NCBI RefSeq assembly: GCF_009914755.1
Contig: NC_060926.1
Strand: one strand, 5' to 3'
DNA from: the human T2T-CHM13v2.0 reference genome, Homo sapiens
Length of the DNA stretch: 64,000 nt
Shown one piece after another: positions 12,901 through 26,319 of this stretch (the stretch's first letter is position 1; each line of letters starts with the position of its first letter). A program made the position numbers and the translations under genes. The notes beneath the pieces were generated by a model. The model did not search any database, was not told the origin of the DNA, and saw only the letters and a list, made by a program, of their open reading frames with translations.

Positions 12901-14684
12901 AGTTGGGTTTGCATCTTTTAAAAAGGGACAAGAAAAGCAGAAAAAGAAGTAGAAGAAATTCAGTAAATGATAAATAAGCAAAGGTGATAGGAGTCCCCTT
13001 CCGACATAAATAAATAAGTAAATAAATAAAAGGATTGTCAAGTCTCAGTCAATACAGGGAAAGGGAAAGTGTGGTTCAAAAGCCAAATCATAAAAATCGG
13101 GAAAGAATTTAAAATATTGTATATATGAAGCTACCTCTCCAGGGAGTACAAAAATCATCTCATCTGTTTGATCCTTAGTTTCCCCAATTGTAAAAGGAAG
13201 GTTGGTAAGGCCTCTTTTAGTGTTGATTATATGTACCCCAAAGCAGTTTTTAAAATTCAACTTCTTCTAAACCCAGTTCCAACTTCACTTTGGGGAACTC
13301 TTCTCTGACATACATCCTGATTCACTCAGCCTGCTTCTTCCTCACATCTCCAAAAGGCCATCTAATTATTCTACACACTCAAAAATAGCATGTTTACTTT
13401 TTTTTATTGAAAGGATAAAGATGGTGAGGTAAAAGTGACCTGGAGTTCAGAAGCTGTGGCTTCTGGTACTGGCTCTCTTCAGCAGACACAGGGTGTTGCC
13501 CTCATCCATGAAGAGATGGTCCAAGTTAGGTTATCCTTGAAGTTCTTTCCAGATCTAATAATATCTCTCTAGTTCTCAGGCCTTTGAATGAGTTCTCATT
13601 AGATGAGAACTTGCTTAGCAAGCAGAGGTCAACTAGAGTTAAAAAAGGACCAGGTTCCTTGCATTGCTATTCTCCACCTAATCCATTTGTATAAACTACA
13701 ACTAAGATGTCACAGCTAAAAGTCAGAAAGTACATGATAGCAAAGAAAATATTAACAAGATACTCAAAGATGAAGAATTCCCCAGATAGGTGGCTCAGTC
13801 CATTGCACATCAATCTCCAGAGAAACCAAGAGGAAGAGGAACTCTTCTTGAAGACACTTAAAATGAGATTTGAGAGCTAAGAGTCAACAATTTACCATAC
13901 TCTCCCAGTGCTCAGAGGAGCTGTCCTGACACATTTCCTCATCTCTGTTGTCATTAGTGGTCATCTCTGGCTAGTACTGACTTGGAGTCCACTAAAGACA
14001 TCCCTCGCATCTTCTAGCAACAGTTCTCCAGCTCTCCATTGTCTCCATGTCATCCCTGCAGCCTGTGGGCCACTCTGCAGCCTGCATTCCTGCCAGGTGT
14101 CCTGTCAGGCAAAGCTGGTTTATTTGAGGTCACACTGGCAGCTGAGCCCAAGAGCCTGCTGCCTATTCCGTTACCCTTGCCAAGTTGAGCTTCATCTATT
14201 TTTTTTTTCTTTAATCATTCCTAGAAATATCAATTCTGGAAAACTCTGTTTTCCCACAGAAGGTTTTGGCAGCCAATCCTCAGCAGTTACCTCATTCTTT
14301 GCTCTGCTGCCATCTGAGAAAGCATACCAGGAAAAACAGTGCACCTGTAGGCAGAACAAATGCACAGAGGGTGAAGGATTGGATCGGCTCTTCATCCTGA
14401 CAGGCTTATGGAGGGAAGATCTCCATGGAGTTAAAGAACGTTAGTGCTGCCAGAAACCTGAGACTCCACCTAGACCAAATTCATCATTTTTCACGCAAGG
14501 AAACTGAGAGTGGGCAGAGGGAAGTCTCTTTTGCAGGTTATGGCTGAAAATATTTGCAAATGGATGAGTGCATAAATAAGACATGGAGAGAGAGAAATTC
14601 AGAATGGAAGAGGGAGGACAATAACTATATTTGTGGAGCAATTTGCAGAGGCAGAATAAGAGATGAGAGAGCACTGTCACTAAG

Positions 14685-15051
14685 TTTCTTAGTCCATTCA
14701 GGCTGCTGTAACAGAATGCCACAGCCTCGGTTGGCTTATAAATAACCAACATTTATTTCTCACAGTTCTGGAGGCTGGGAAGCCCACGATCAAGGCAGTG
14801 GCAGAATTGGTGTCTGGTAAGGGCCTGCTTCCTGGTTTGTAGACAGCCATCTTCTTGCTGTGTCCTCATGTTGTGGAAGGGATAAGAGAGCTCTCTGGGG
14901 TCTCATTTATAAGAGCACTAATCCCATTTATGAGGGTGGAGGCCTCAAGACTCAGTCATCTCCCTCAAAGGCACTACATTCTAATAACATCACATTAAGA
15001 ATTAGGTACTAACATACGAATTTTGGGGACACAGACATTCAGTCCATAACA
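14685..15051 (-). mobile_element. MLT1A-type MaLR solo LTR
   Basis: cttagtccattcaggctgct...atttatttctcacagttctggaggctgggaag...cattcagtccataaca; TSD ctaag/ataag. Confidence 0.9.
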
Positions 15052-17679
15052 ATAAGTTGGCATCCACTCCTCTGCTACTCCATCAGGTCAAAATTTAGCC
15101 ACTGGTCATCACTCCTTTTTTTTGGTCCAGGCAACACCTTCTGAAAATAAGCTTTTTGTAATTTTTCTATATTACTGATAATTAATTATAAAGAGAGAGC
15201 TAGAAAGAGCCTTAGGAGGCATATAGTCACAGCCTCATATTTTAGATATGAGAGACTAAGACTTGAAAAAAAAGTGAAACAGCTTTCCCAGAATATCCAA
15301 TCGCCATGGGATGGTCACAAAAAGAAAAAGTGATATATACAGACCTTGATGTATTGTCCCTGGACATTATTTTCCCTACTGAAATAAGTCCAAAACATGT
15401 GTGTGTACACACACATGCCCATGCATCCATACCTACTGCAGGTATAAAGAGCTAAATTTACCACTTTAACAGCTGGGATTTTACAAGTTGACTTTTCACA
15501 AGGTGTTTTTGTGGTTTCTTAAAATGTGTTAGGCTCTCTTCTTTTTTCTTCTCCTGAGATTTTAAAAATTTAACATCAAATTTAAACATAAAAAGGCTGA
15601 TGTGGTAAAGACCATTACTGCAGAATTACTTTACACTGGCAAACTCAAATCATGGGCAGTGAATTCGAGCTTGCATTAGTGTAACATCAAATCACCTCCT
15701 TTGTGAAATAGTGTTTAAATAATGTAATCAGAAGCCAAATCGGCCACCTGGAGGCCCTGCTGAAATCGCACAAGTGGGTGTTTCTCTCCATACCTGATTA
15801 GAGGGAATTCACTTTGAAGTCGGTGGGAACTGAGAACTGGGGCCAGCCCCACAGTGACCTGGGGATCTAAGCAGCACCACTCCTACCACTACTCATGGTA
15901 TGGGATGAGTTAGTGAGCAGGTAATTTAGTTCAAAGATCCATGATACGCACCCCCAACCCATGAGGGAATGAGCTCCTACTGGAAGGCAGATGCCCATTG
16001 AGAACACAGGTGTGGCCTAGAGGGGTTCAATGGTCCTCACACAGGAGTTCCATTTCCCACCAAGCTTCAACTCACCTTCCTTCTCTGGTATCCCCTCAGC
16101 TCATCATCAGCACAACCATTCACCACACAGAATGTGCTGGGAACTGAGTTGGACACTCTGTTGGAGACCTCCCTCCAGTGGTTGACCATCTGATAAGAGA
16201 GCCAAGGCACGTACACAAAAGGCTAAATAATTACAACCCTAGCATAACCAAAGCACCAGTGAAGCTAGTGAAGCCATAAATAATTATGGAGTTCAGAGAA
16301 GGGTATTGTGGTAAATTACAATGAACTATGAGGCCCTTTTTTCCTTTGACGGAATCTGAATCCTTTTCCACATTTGATTATATTTCATTATTTAGGGCAG
16401 GTTTATGGCCCACCTTCATTTCAATAAGAAAGGAGGAAGAAAGCAGAAGAATCTGAATTATAAAACACGAGTTGAACATCTACTGCAACTACGTGGTAGG
16501 CACTGGAATAAAAAGACAATTGGAACATGATGCCCAGTGTTGTAACTGAACCTCACCTTAAGGGTTATATCCCAGTTGAAAGGCAAGTATGCATGAGACC
16601 CTTAGATGGATCCCAGGAATGTCACTGGCAAACTCGAGCAGAATCAAATAGAGGCCTATGAGCAGAGCAGTGAGGAAGAACATGGCTACTTACCCCAAAG
16701 AAGTACAACAGGGCCTTGTAATAAGATGCCATAGATGTGGGGGCTGGAAATGTGGGCAGAGTAAAATAGACAACTAAGAAAAGAAGATGAAGAAGGGCAT
16801 ACATGGAGGTGGCAATGGGATGTTATCTAAGAGATGTTATCTAGGGAACTCAGAGAGGTTAAACAAGGGTGAGAAAGATGTAAATTGTGTGGCACTGAGA
16901 ATGAAGAGATACACTCTTTTCCGGACAGGCACACAGTGTCAGACAAGGGCCCCATAAAAGCTTCCTTTCATCTGCATTTGTTTCCCATATGATAGAGACA
17001 TCTCCTACTTTCCAAGGGGAAAAATGGGTGCAGGAATTGGACACCAAGCCAGGAATGAGATTTGGCAATAAATCATGTAGCAGCCTGTGCCCCCCAGAAC
17101 TCCCCTCGGTGGCCTGGGAGTTAGACACAATAACACCGTCAGCTCTCAGTGATCCTGCTCTGGAGGGACAACAGTACCAGATAATCATGTGTATAGTCTT
17201 CACTGGTTGCTTCTCAGGAAGAAATGTTCAAAATGAAATAAGAGTAAAACTTGAATCCTATATTAAAATAGTATTTATTGACAAAAAAAAGAAATATCTA
17301 CTTTCATAGTCAGATCTTGAAGAAAGATTTAGCAATAACAGGGCAATGAATTGTAAAACTAAAATACGATGCCTAGGAATTGTGATAGCTCTGTCCTCAT
17401 GAGTCTCAATCAGCTCAAAGATTAGCCCTTCCTCAGCATGTATGAGTGATTCATTTTTATTTAACAATAACTAATTGTCTCTGGGTTGTGTAATTTCTCA
17501 CAATAGTATAAGTGGAGGGATGAAAAGCAACAAAAATAATGAAAGAGTTTCTGGGTGTGGAATGTTTCCATGTTTCTTCTTACTGCTAAACCAAAATGTT
17601 TCTTGGAAAAGTGTGCCTTTCTGTCATTCAATGACACAAAGCTTAACGTTAGCAATTTAGCTTACTGTTTGCATTGCTA

Positions 17680-17915
17680 GGCCCTGGAGGTAGCATGTCA
17701 CAGGGAAAGGATGCAGGATCTGCAGCTGGCAAGCCCTGCATTCAAATCCTGGCTCTGTCACTTAGTTGTAATCATTAATAGTTAATAATTATTGAGTTAA
17801 GTCATTTTATAGAGGAGAAAACTGAGACAGAGAGTTTAGTAACTTGGCCAAGGTCACAGTAAGTGCCAGGCAGGATTTGCTTCTATATCTGTGTAATACC
17901 TCTTAACCCTTAAGC
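17680..17915. mobile_element. Two MIR fragments in opposite orientations
   Basis: ttcaaatcctggctctgtcactta (+) followed by agaggagaaaactgagacagagag...ccaaggtcacag (-). Confidence 0.75.
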
Positions 17916-17928
17916 CATATCACCTTTT

Positions 17929-18272
17929 TGATATGGTTTGGATTTGTGTCCCCACCCAAATCTCGTGGAGATTGGAGGAGGGGTCTGGTGAGAGGTGATT
18001 GGATCATGCAGGTGGATTTTACGCTTGCTGTTCTCATGATAGTGCGTAAGTTCTCATGATATCTGATCGATTAAGTGGGTGTAACACCTCTCCCTTAGTG
18101 TTCTCCTGCCACCATGTAAGACATGCCTTGCTTCCCCTTTGCCATCTACCATATTGTACATTTCCTGAGGCCTTCCCAACCGTGTGGAACTGTAAGTCAA
18201 TTAAACCTCTTTCCTTTATAAATTACCCAGTCTCTGGTAGTTCTTTATACCAGTGTGAAATGGATTAATAGA
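17929..18272 (+). mobile_element. MSTA/THE1D-like MaLR solo LTR
   Basis: TGATATGGTTTGGATTTGTGTCCCCACCCAAATCTC start; aattaaacctctttcctttataaattacccagtctc near end; TSD ctttt/ctctt. Confidence 0.92.
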
Positions 18273-18289
18273 CTCTTCTTTCCTGGATT

Positions 18290-18462
18290 TACACTCTGGG
18301 CAACTTAGCTTCTTTGGACTTCAGTTACTTCATCAATAATATGAAAAACATGCTATCTATCTTGAAAAATTCAGGACAAAACTAACTGAGATAATACATG
18401 TAAAATGTTTCATGTAGTTCCTGGCCCATAGAAGGTAATCATTAAATAGTAGCTATTACTAT
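18290..18462 (+). mobile_element. MIR 3' part
   Basis: gagataatacatgtaaaatg...cctggcccatag...aaatagtagctatta. Confidence 0.75.
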
Positions 18463-18879
18463 ATTTGATAGATTGTTGTTCTTATAATCTCTAAGACTTT
18501 ACTAATAAAGTGACAACTTTTTAAGTCATATAGCTACATTTCCATCATTAAGAATAAGTACTAGCTTTTCATTAATTAGGAGAATCACAATTACCATTTA
18601 ACTTCTTTTACCTATGTATTTTGAGACTATCAAGTGCTTAAAAGATAACCAATCAGGGCTTGGTTTAGTCAGCAACTATAAACACACACACATATACACA
18701 AAAACATATAAAAGATTAAATGAGTGCTAAGTGAACCTTGGCCTCAACCTTATAATCTAAATAACCCAGAATAGTGACTTACACTGATCCTGAAACATCA
18801 CATCACTCACCAAAAGCATAAGCCTAATCACATATGTGAACTGGCTGGTTATTGAACCAAATTTTCTGCAAAAGACATT

Positions 18880-19735
18880 ATTGTTGCCTACTCAACAGGA
18901 TTTACCAAACCCCTACACTCTGTGCCTCCTCCTTTTATTTTTCCTTACTTACAGATCCCAAATTTTATTCTTGGTATCCACAGCCACAGGCCCCAAAGAG
19001 ATGAGGAGCCCCCCACTAACCCTAGGTAGTAAATCATGATTGATCTAAGCTAGTGCTGGTATTCCCTTTCTCCTGGCCAGTGATTGATTTAACAATGGAC
19101 TTGTGATAAGAAGCTAGATAGGAAGTCAATGGAGGACTTTGGAAAAGTATATTTCCCTCTCAAACATAAACATTCAAAGAGAAACGTGGAACTTGGAATT
19201 ATCTCAAGTGGCTAGCTTGAGACCATAAAGATAACCACTGTAAGAAGATAAATCAGCCGGGCGCAGTGGCTCACACCTGTAATTCCAACACTTGGAGAGG
19301 CTGAGGCAGGTACATGGTTTGAGTCCAGGAGTTCAAGATCAGCCTGGGCAACGTGGCAAAACCTCGTCTCTACGGAAACTACAAAAAATTAATCAGGCGT
19401 GGTGGTGTGCGCCTGTAGTCCCAGCTACCCTGGAGGCTGAGGTGGGAGGATCACCTGAACCCAGAAGGTCAAAGCTGCATGATCAGGTCAGGCCACTACA
19501 TTCCAACCTGGGAAACATAGCAAAGCCTGGTCAAAAAAGAAAAAAAAAGAATAAATCAATATGCTGAGCAAAAGGATGGTGAGAGCATGACTTCTTCATG
19601 AGCCACTAAAGGTAATAATAACCCTGAATATGTCCTAACAAGAAACCCTCTAGACTTCTTGGTAGTAAACTAATTAATTTACTCATTGCTTAAACCATTT
19701 TGGGTTGGGTCTTCTGTTATCTGAAGCTGATTATC
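18880..19735 (+). mobile_element. Old MLT1J/K-like LTR interrupted by an Alu
   Basis: ccagtgattgattta...; 3' end gcttaaaccattttgggttgggtcttctgttat. Confidence 0.6.
19255..19550 (+). mobile_element. AluJ
   Basis: gccgggcgcagtggctcac start; J-type ggaggatcacctgaaccc; TSD-like ataaatc on both sides. Confidence 0.95.
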
Positions 19736-20577
19736 TGTGTCTTGGTTAAGTCTAGGGAATCCAAGATAACACAGATAGTCCAACTTTCTTGATTCTATGA
19801 TTCCTACCAAAGGCATATGACGGAAGGGAGGAGGAGAAACAACAAAGCAGTATAGTGAAAGTGGAGGAACTGGGGAACTAGGAGAAATTCTCTGATCCTG
19901 TCTTCCAGATATGTGCTGTTCCTTCCCATACTCACTCCACCAACCTTGTCTAGCTAGTAGCCCCCACCAATTTGCTCATTCTAAATCTGCCTAGAAATGT
20001 CCCCAAAATGGTGCAGTAGAACTTCAAACGTTGTTGCTATCCTAGAAAAACTGCTCCAGAATTGATGCATCCTCTGAAAAGCAATGTCTTCGCCGAAATG
20101 TGCCTTCTCTCATTCTATATAAAAACATAAAGCGTCATCCTCAACTGGCTTCCATCAAGCTTTCATAGTACTGGCCACATCTGGAAAGATTGGAGTAGAG
20201 ATAGATGAGCTGGCCATGAGCCACTAGGTGTGTCTCTTTGATTGTGTTGAGCATTGGAAAGAGAAACTTGCCTGAGTGGACACAGCCATAGAGAGTGAAG
20301 AACAGGAGCTTCATAGAGCTGCTCAATAAAAATCAGAGAAAAGCAGAGACTGACAGTAACAGCCTCCATTCATCAGGGTGGCTGGATGATTGTCATGAGC
20401 AGATGTTCTCTTCCACTACTGATAGGCTACAGGATTATATCTGGGAACAAAATTCCCTACAGTACAGTTTGTGGGAATAAAAGAATAAAAACATGCCATG
20501 GAAAGACATTATAAAAACCTTCCCTAGAGACTTTTTGTGTTTTTTTTCTTATCAAACCTATGAATATAAAATGGAGA

Positions 20578-20676
20578 TACACACACACACACACCCACCC
20601 ACACATACATATATACATATATCTATGCGTATGTATACATATACATACATAGAGATAGGTGGGAATAGATGATGAT

Positions 20677-20722
<46 letters not shown>
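20578..20722 (+). repeat. Compound STR: (CA)n, (TA/CA)n and perfect (AGAT)11
   Basis: (AGAT)11 at 20679-20722. Confidence 0.97.
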
Positions 20723-20723
<1 letters not shown>

Positions 20724-21584
20724 TGCTGCATACATGTAAAATGGAAGGGGCAATACTTAAACACAGCCCTGCAGCAGGGATAGACAAACTGTTCTCCAGT
20801 CCTGTTAGTTTGTGATATGCTATATCCTAAGGACACATTCCACCCCCAACTCATCAATGATTATTGTCATCATGAATTATTCTTGCACTGGTTAGTCAAT
20901 CCCTTTCTTCATAGACTTGACTAAAGAACTCTCTGTGCAATTTCAGCTGCACTTCTTCCTTACCACTGCTTCTCATATCCTCTTTGTTTTCCTGGGTCTC
21001 CAATTTCATTCTTTCCCCCGCTCTTCTTAATCCATCATTCTTTGTGAGACACTGTTGGCTGAGCACTGCACAATAGGCCTTGTCTCACCCTATTTACCAT
21101 GCCCATTAAATCTATTAGTCTCACTACACCATCAGCTTTTAAAAGCACCCCTTTCACAGGCCCCCTTCTTACCTGTTCTAATGACATTGTTCCCTCTCCC
21201 ACTGCCCTTTGAACACTCATGTCATTAAGCTCCAGTTTCACTTGCTTTTGATAATGACAAGATGGCTGCCCTCTATAATCTTACTCTGGAGCCTAACAGA
21301 GAGTACTTCTACAGCAGCAGCCACAACACATATCTATTGATACCTATGGATGTCTCCCTTTGCCTCTCCTTCCCTCAAGGTCCCAGAGCTGTTATTACTG
21401 TGATTCTTTTACCACCATGAGTGGCCCGTTCCTCACAGCAAGTCTCATGTCATTTGTCCACAGACTAAGCTAGCTCACACAGGCTGTTTTAACTGGTCAT
21501 TCCCATTTACACAGGAGGGTGGTGAATTATGTTCAGCCCTTCCCTCTTCCTCTTTCCTCCTACTAAGCGTTCTGCTCAGATGTT

Positions 21585-21750
21585 TAACTCCCATTCATTT
21601 CCTCAAATATTTACTTACTGAGTGTGTTTTAACCACCAGGCTCTGAGTTAGGTGTTAGAGAGACAAGATAAATGAGATTAGTCCCTTCCGCAAGGAGATT
21701 CCCATCTGGGTGCAAGGGAGGGAGAAGATGGACCAATGATTATGGGCTAA
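21585..21750 (-). mobile_element. L2 3' end
   Basis: cattcatttcctcaaatattt...ccaggctctgagttaggtg...gtccct. Confidence 0.7.
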
Positions 21751-21824
21751 TTGTTTTATCCAGGCAGGAAGGAATCCAGGCACTCCAACTTCTGTCTTGT
21801 TTCTATACTAAAAATAAAGGGAGG

Positions 21825-22065
21825 CTGTGCAGAGCAGTGTCAAAACAGACTGCACCAAAATCAGGATGAACCTTGGTTCAAAACCTAGTTCAGCCACCAA
21901 TTTGAATAACCTGAGGCAAGCCACTGGCAGCTTCAACAGAGCCTGGGGGTCCTCAGCTCTGAAGGCCAATGTCAGTAGCACCTACCTCCCAGGGGCTATT
22001 GTGAGAATGAAAATGGAACAGCACCTGCAGAGGTTGATAGCCCAGCACTTGACATAAATGTTAAT
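21825..22065 (+). mobile_element. MIR SINE
   Basis: ggttcaaaacctagttcagccac...cacctacctcccaggggctattgtgagaatgaaa. Confidence 0.8.
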
Positions 22066-24489
22066 TCAAGGTGCACATGTTTCTCACATTTCCCAGAAAT
22101 CCCTGATTTTTGAGGCCAAGTATCCTTCCAGGAAAGTGTTTCCCCCAGTAATATACAATTGGTAATTTTTTTCTAGGAGTGTGGGTTTGTTTGAATACAT
22201 GTGTGAGATGGATCAGCTTTAACTGTACTTGGGTTGAGGCAGCTCAATTAATTCATCTAGAGATGAATTAATCATCTAGCACCTTCCCTCTAGAGACGTG
22301 GTGCCCATCAGATTTGGGGCATGGGGAAATTAGAGTCTCTGCTGGGAATTTATTCATGTTATACAGTAGAGCTGGATTTATTACCACTGACAGTCTCCAC
22401 ACAAGGGGAGCCTGAGACTTGAACAGCAAGGGTGTTCCAGATCAGGAGATAGCCATATTAACAGACTTTCCATGGAAGCCTCATGTCGACTGCCTGAGCA
22501 GCAAAGGCCTTGAACCCAGCTCCTGCTTCATTTCACTGTGACAGAAGACCCCCACCTTTACCCACAAGGGAAGGGGCTCTCACAAAAATCCTCTCCATAT
22601 CTTACCATCCTAATGACTGCAAAGTGTCAATTGAAGGGCAGTGAAAAATGATTCTTGAGCCATGTACAGACCACCCCAGCATTTTAAATTACAGATTGTA
22701 CAAGAAAAATATAACTTCTTTTGTTTTGCCCTGCATTCAATATAATCTTATCAGGATTGTCAGGAAGGAATAATACAGTAGTCAAAAGAATATTCAATGC
22801 TCCTTCAGGCACTTTTCAGAATCCAGAGTGTTGGCACATATTTAAAAACCAAATACAGAAGAAATGCATAACTTAGAGAGCTCAGGTGCTAAATTAGCAA
22901 GGGCTGAGGGAAAGAACAAGTTGGGGAAATGCTTCCTCAGAATGCGACCTAGACATTAGCCACAGTGTTTCTAACTCTTGTCAATGCACTGGAGTCTGGT
23001 GCGGATGTTAAAATCATCCGACAACTTGTAACCCAACTATAGGCAGTTAGATATAAGCTACAAGTGTCTATTTTTACACACCAGCAGCAATTCCCTTGGG
23101 AACCCTAGCCTTGCTTTCAGCCAACTCTTCTGTCATCCCTGAGAGCCATTCACTCCTATGAATGTTCCATTCTCTTGTTGGATGCCTTTAGAAAGTTGCC
23201 TTCCAGTTCCTAATTACCTCAAGCAGCTGCCTAATGCAGCTTCCAGGCTCAAAACACTGTGGAGTATCCATTTTAACACTATCACTGACTGGTGTTGAGA
23301 GAGGGATTGCTTCTGTGCCTGTCAGGAAAACAACAGTTGTCATATTTATTGCCGCCTAGGAAACTAGGATGCCCTGCCATTGTACACGGGATTTTTTCCT
23401 GGGGGGCTCTGGCTGATGGAACACCAGGCATACCAAAGAGGAATGGCTTTGCTCTGCCCTCTGCTCTCCTTGGCAAGGATACTCAAGTACTATCATCAAC
23501 AAGTCTATATGTACACTGCCTACAGGAAACATTTTACAAGCCAAAAGCAGTTATGACAACACCATTAACACCAACATTGACAACACAATATTAACTCTAG
23601 GTAACATGGTGCCCACCTCTGGGCAATGGCTTACTTATTTCGGGAAATACCAAGTTACAAAAAGCATTCAATAAAGACTTGTGGATTAACTGACTCCTTG
23701 GTTCACCTGGAATTCATCTATTGAACACGTTGATATTCACATTTTGATACAAGAGGGTAGGGTATTCACGGCAATGGCATTTGCTGCCAGGGTTTTTAGC
23801 CTGCCCACATTTTACAGAAAGGAAGATACTGTCACTGAGGCTCCTTTGTTTCCCACAAAGAATAAAAAAGCTGCCAAAAAAGAAATTATTAAGAGAAAAA
23901 AGAGAAGAAGTTCTTAAAGGGTTTGGCTTTCATCATTAAAGAAAAATCAACATTTGCATGTATTGTTAGTGAAAGTGTATAGCTAAGTGCCATTTAATTT
24001 GAGACTGTTTTCAAAGAGTGACCAATGGTTAATTGCTAGTGTTTCAGACTCACTTTTCAATCATCTCTTCCTTTCTTTTCATCAATGGTTTCAGAAAATA
24101 ATCTAGTTTCAGTAGAAAGTATCAAAAGTGCAGGGTTTTTAAATCAGAATAAACATGTAAAATTAGTTTTCCCAATTTGAGAAAATGAGTATTCTGGGTG
24201 CTACCATTTCTCCCTTAAAGTCCCTATTAGGACCTTCCAGCATTAAGCTCTCCCAACACCAAGTTCATTTTGCTTGGTAATTCGGAGGTAACTTCAACTT
24301 TGTGATTTTTTTCCAAATCAAGAGACCCAAAGTAGCGTGTTCTTCCTTGGAAACACCCACATCCACCTGATATCACAAAATAAGCCGATTTGCTTTGGGA
24401 AGATTGTCCACACCTTGATTTCTCAACAGTCACCTTTTGCTTAAATTTATTTGGATGACCTGAACACTAAGGTCCCTAGGCATCTACTA

Positions 24490-24670
24490 TATCAGTGTGG
24501 TGGAAAAAGACAGCCAACTTGTTGCTGCAAGACTTGAGTTTGAGGCCTGGTTACTCTATGCAAAGTGGGCAAGACACATAATCTTCCTGAGATTCAGAGT
24601 CCTCATTCTTTAAACTAAAGATCAGAGCTAGTATCTCCCCTCTCCTTCATCCGTTTTCCTCTATGATTCT
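24490..24670 (+). mobile_element. MIR3-like SINE
   Basis: MIR core with CR1-derived ctatgattct tail. Confidence 0.55.
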
Positions 24671-24937
24671 TTACCAAGGACACACAGATGGTGTAGCTAG
24701 GAAGACAAGAGGAAACAGAGAGGGAGGTGAGACTCCATGCAGTGCCATAGTTACTGAGAAACTTCCAGGATATCATGCTTTTCTTCATCAATCTTTTTTA
24801 TAATTTGTACCAAGGGAGGAGAATGATTCCCAAGGAAATGGGATTCTAAACTCCTACTATATAGTAGGAGCTTAGTAACTTCAACTGAGGAGCCCAGTTA
24901 TGTTTTCTAGAGATCCTCAATCAATAGAATTGGCTCT

Positions 24938-25496
24938 TATCAGGACTCGGAAAGCAATACCCCCAAATAATGGACTCAGAAGCAGTCAAAGAAGCAAGTT
25001 TTTCTTTGATCTTCTCCTGCCCTCCTGTCTCAGTCCCACTCTTCCTCAAGGCTAGCCATAGAAACTAGAATCTCTCTTCCCCAAGGTGGGTCAGTCTGGC
25101 TTCCCCAAAGCCAGACATAAAACCTAAATATATCACTCTAATTTTCCCTCTGCCTTTCTGTGTAAAAACTGGCCATAAAGAAATTATCTGACCTATCTTG
25201 TTTGACTGAAGGCCAAAAGACCCCCATTCCAGAAAGGGCCCAGAAGAAAGGAATATATGCTCAGAGAGGCCAAGAAGAATCTAGACAGACAAGCCTTGCT
25301 GGGTTTTCTACTCAGTCTATTAGCATTGGATCACACCGTTTTTGTCCAATCATATTTTTACACAACCCTGTCCATAGCTTGTTGAGCCTAAGCATTAAAA
25401 TGGACAATTCCTCCTATACCTTTGGATCTTCAGTCTAAAGGCTCCAGGGTATACACATTAAATAAATTTGTATGCCTTTTCTCCAAACAATCTGCT
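24938..25496 (+). mobile_element. MER39B-like ERV1 LTR
   Basis: ggactcggaaagcaataccccc...ggctagccatagaaactagaat...attaaataaatttgtatgccttttctcc. Confidence 0.8.
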
Positions 25497-25816
25497 CCTA
25501 CACTCTCCTTTCTATGGAAAGATGGAATTACTTACAAATGCTTCTAAAATGCACATTTGGATGCTCTTCCCAAAGCGCTGATGGATTTGTGATATAATTT
25601 TTCTCCTGCCGTCTGTGTATCTGAGAATACCTGGACAGACTGCTAGAACCTGGACAAGACTAAATGCCTGAAGCTGCAACATCTTCAGCTGAAAATAATT
25701 AGCACTGAACCCTTCCCAAGGCAGAGGATCATGAAGATTCACAAGAGAAAAGAGAAACAGAGAGAAAGAGAGAACAGGTCCTTTTGCTGTTTACAGGAGA
25801 AAGATAAAGGAAGGGC

Positions 25817-26127
25817 TTTTTTTTTTTTTTTGAGATGGAGTTTAGCTCTTGTCATTCAGCCTGGAGTGCAATGGCACGATCTTGGCTCAAGGCAACCTCC
25901 GCCTCCTAGGTTCAAGCGATTCTCCTGCCTCAGCCTCCTGAGTAACTGGGATTACAGGCACCCACCACCACACCCAGCTAATTTTTTATTTTTAGTACAG
26001 ACGAGGTTTCACCATGTTGGCCAGGCTGGTCACGAACTCCTGTTCCTGATCTGCCCGCCTCAAGTGATCCGCCTGCCTCGGCCTCCCAAAGTGTTGGGAT
26101 TACAGGCGTGAGCCACTGCGCCCAGCC
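25817..26127 (-). mobile_element. AluS (Sq/Sp-like) with small internal insertion
   Basis: Full dimer; TSD aggaagggcttt/aggaagtgcttt; extra ttcctgatctgcccg segment in left arm. Confidence 0.97.
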
Positions 26128-26319
26128 AGGAAGTGCTTTCTTATATGTCTATCCGTTACATTCTCTTTTTACTTTTAGACTTTTTCATTTTTCCATTCAT
26201 ATCCTCTGCTCTATATGCTCTGCTCTATATCCTTTCTCATTCCCCTAGTGAGAGAATAGTAAATGATGTTTTGACTTTTTTGTTATTGTTTTTTGAATAT
26301 TCATATTGACTGTGTTCAC

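Noticed and set aside
13908-14444. Longest ORF (178 aa)
   Set aside because: Non-ATG start, Cys/Leu/Ser-rich composition typical of random DNA, no recognisable domain
20457-20857. ORFs with YLSI repeats
   Set aside because: Translation of the (AGAT)n/(CA)n STR
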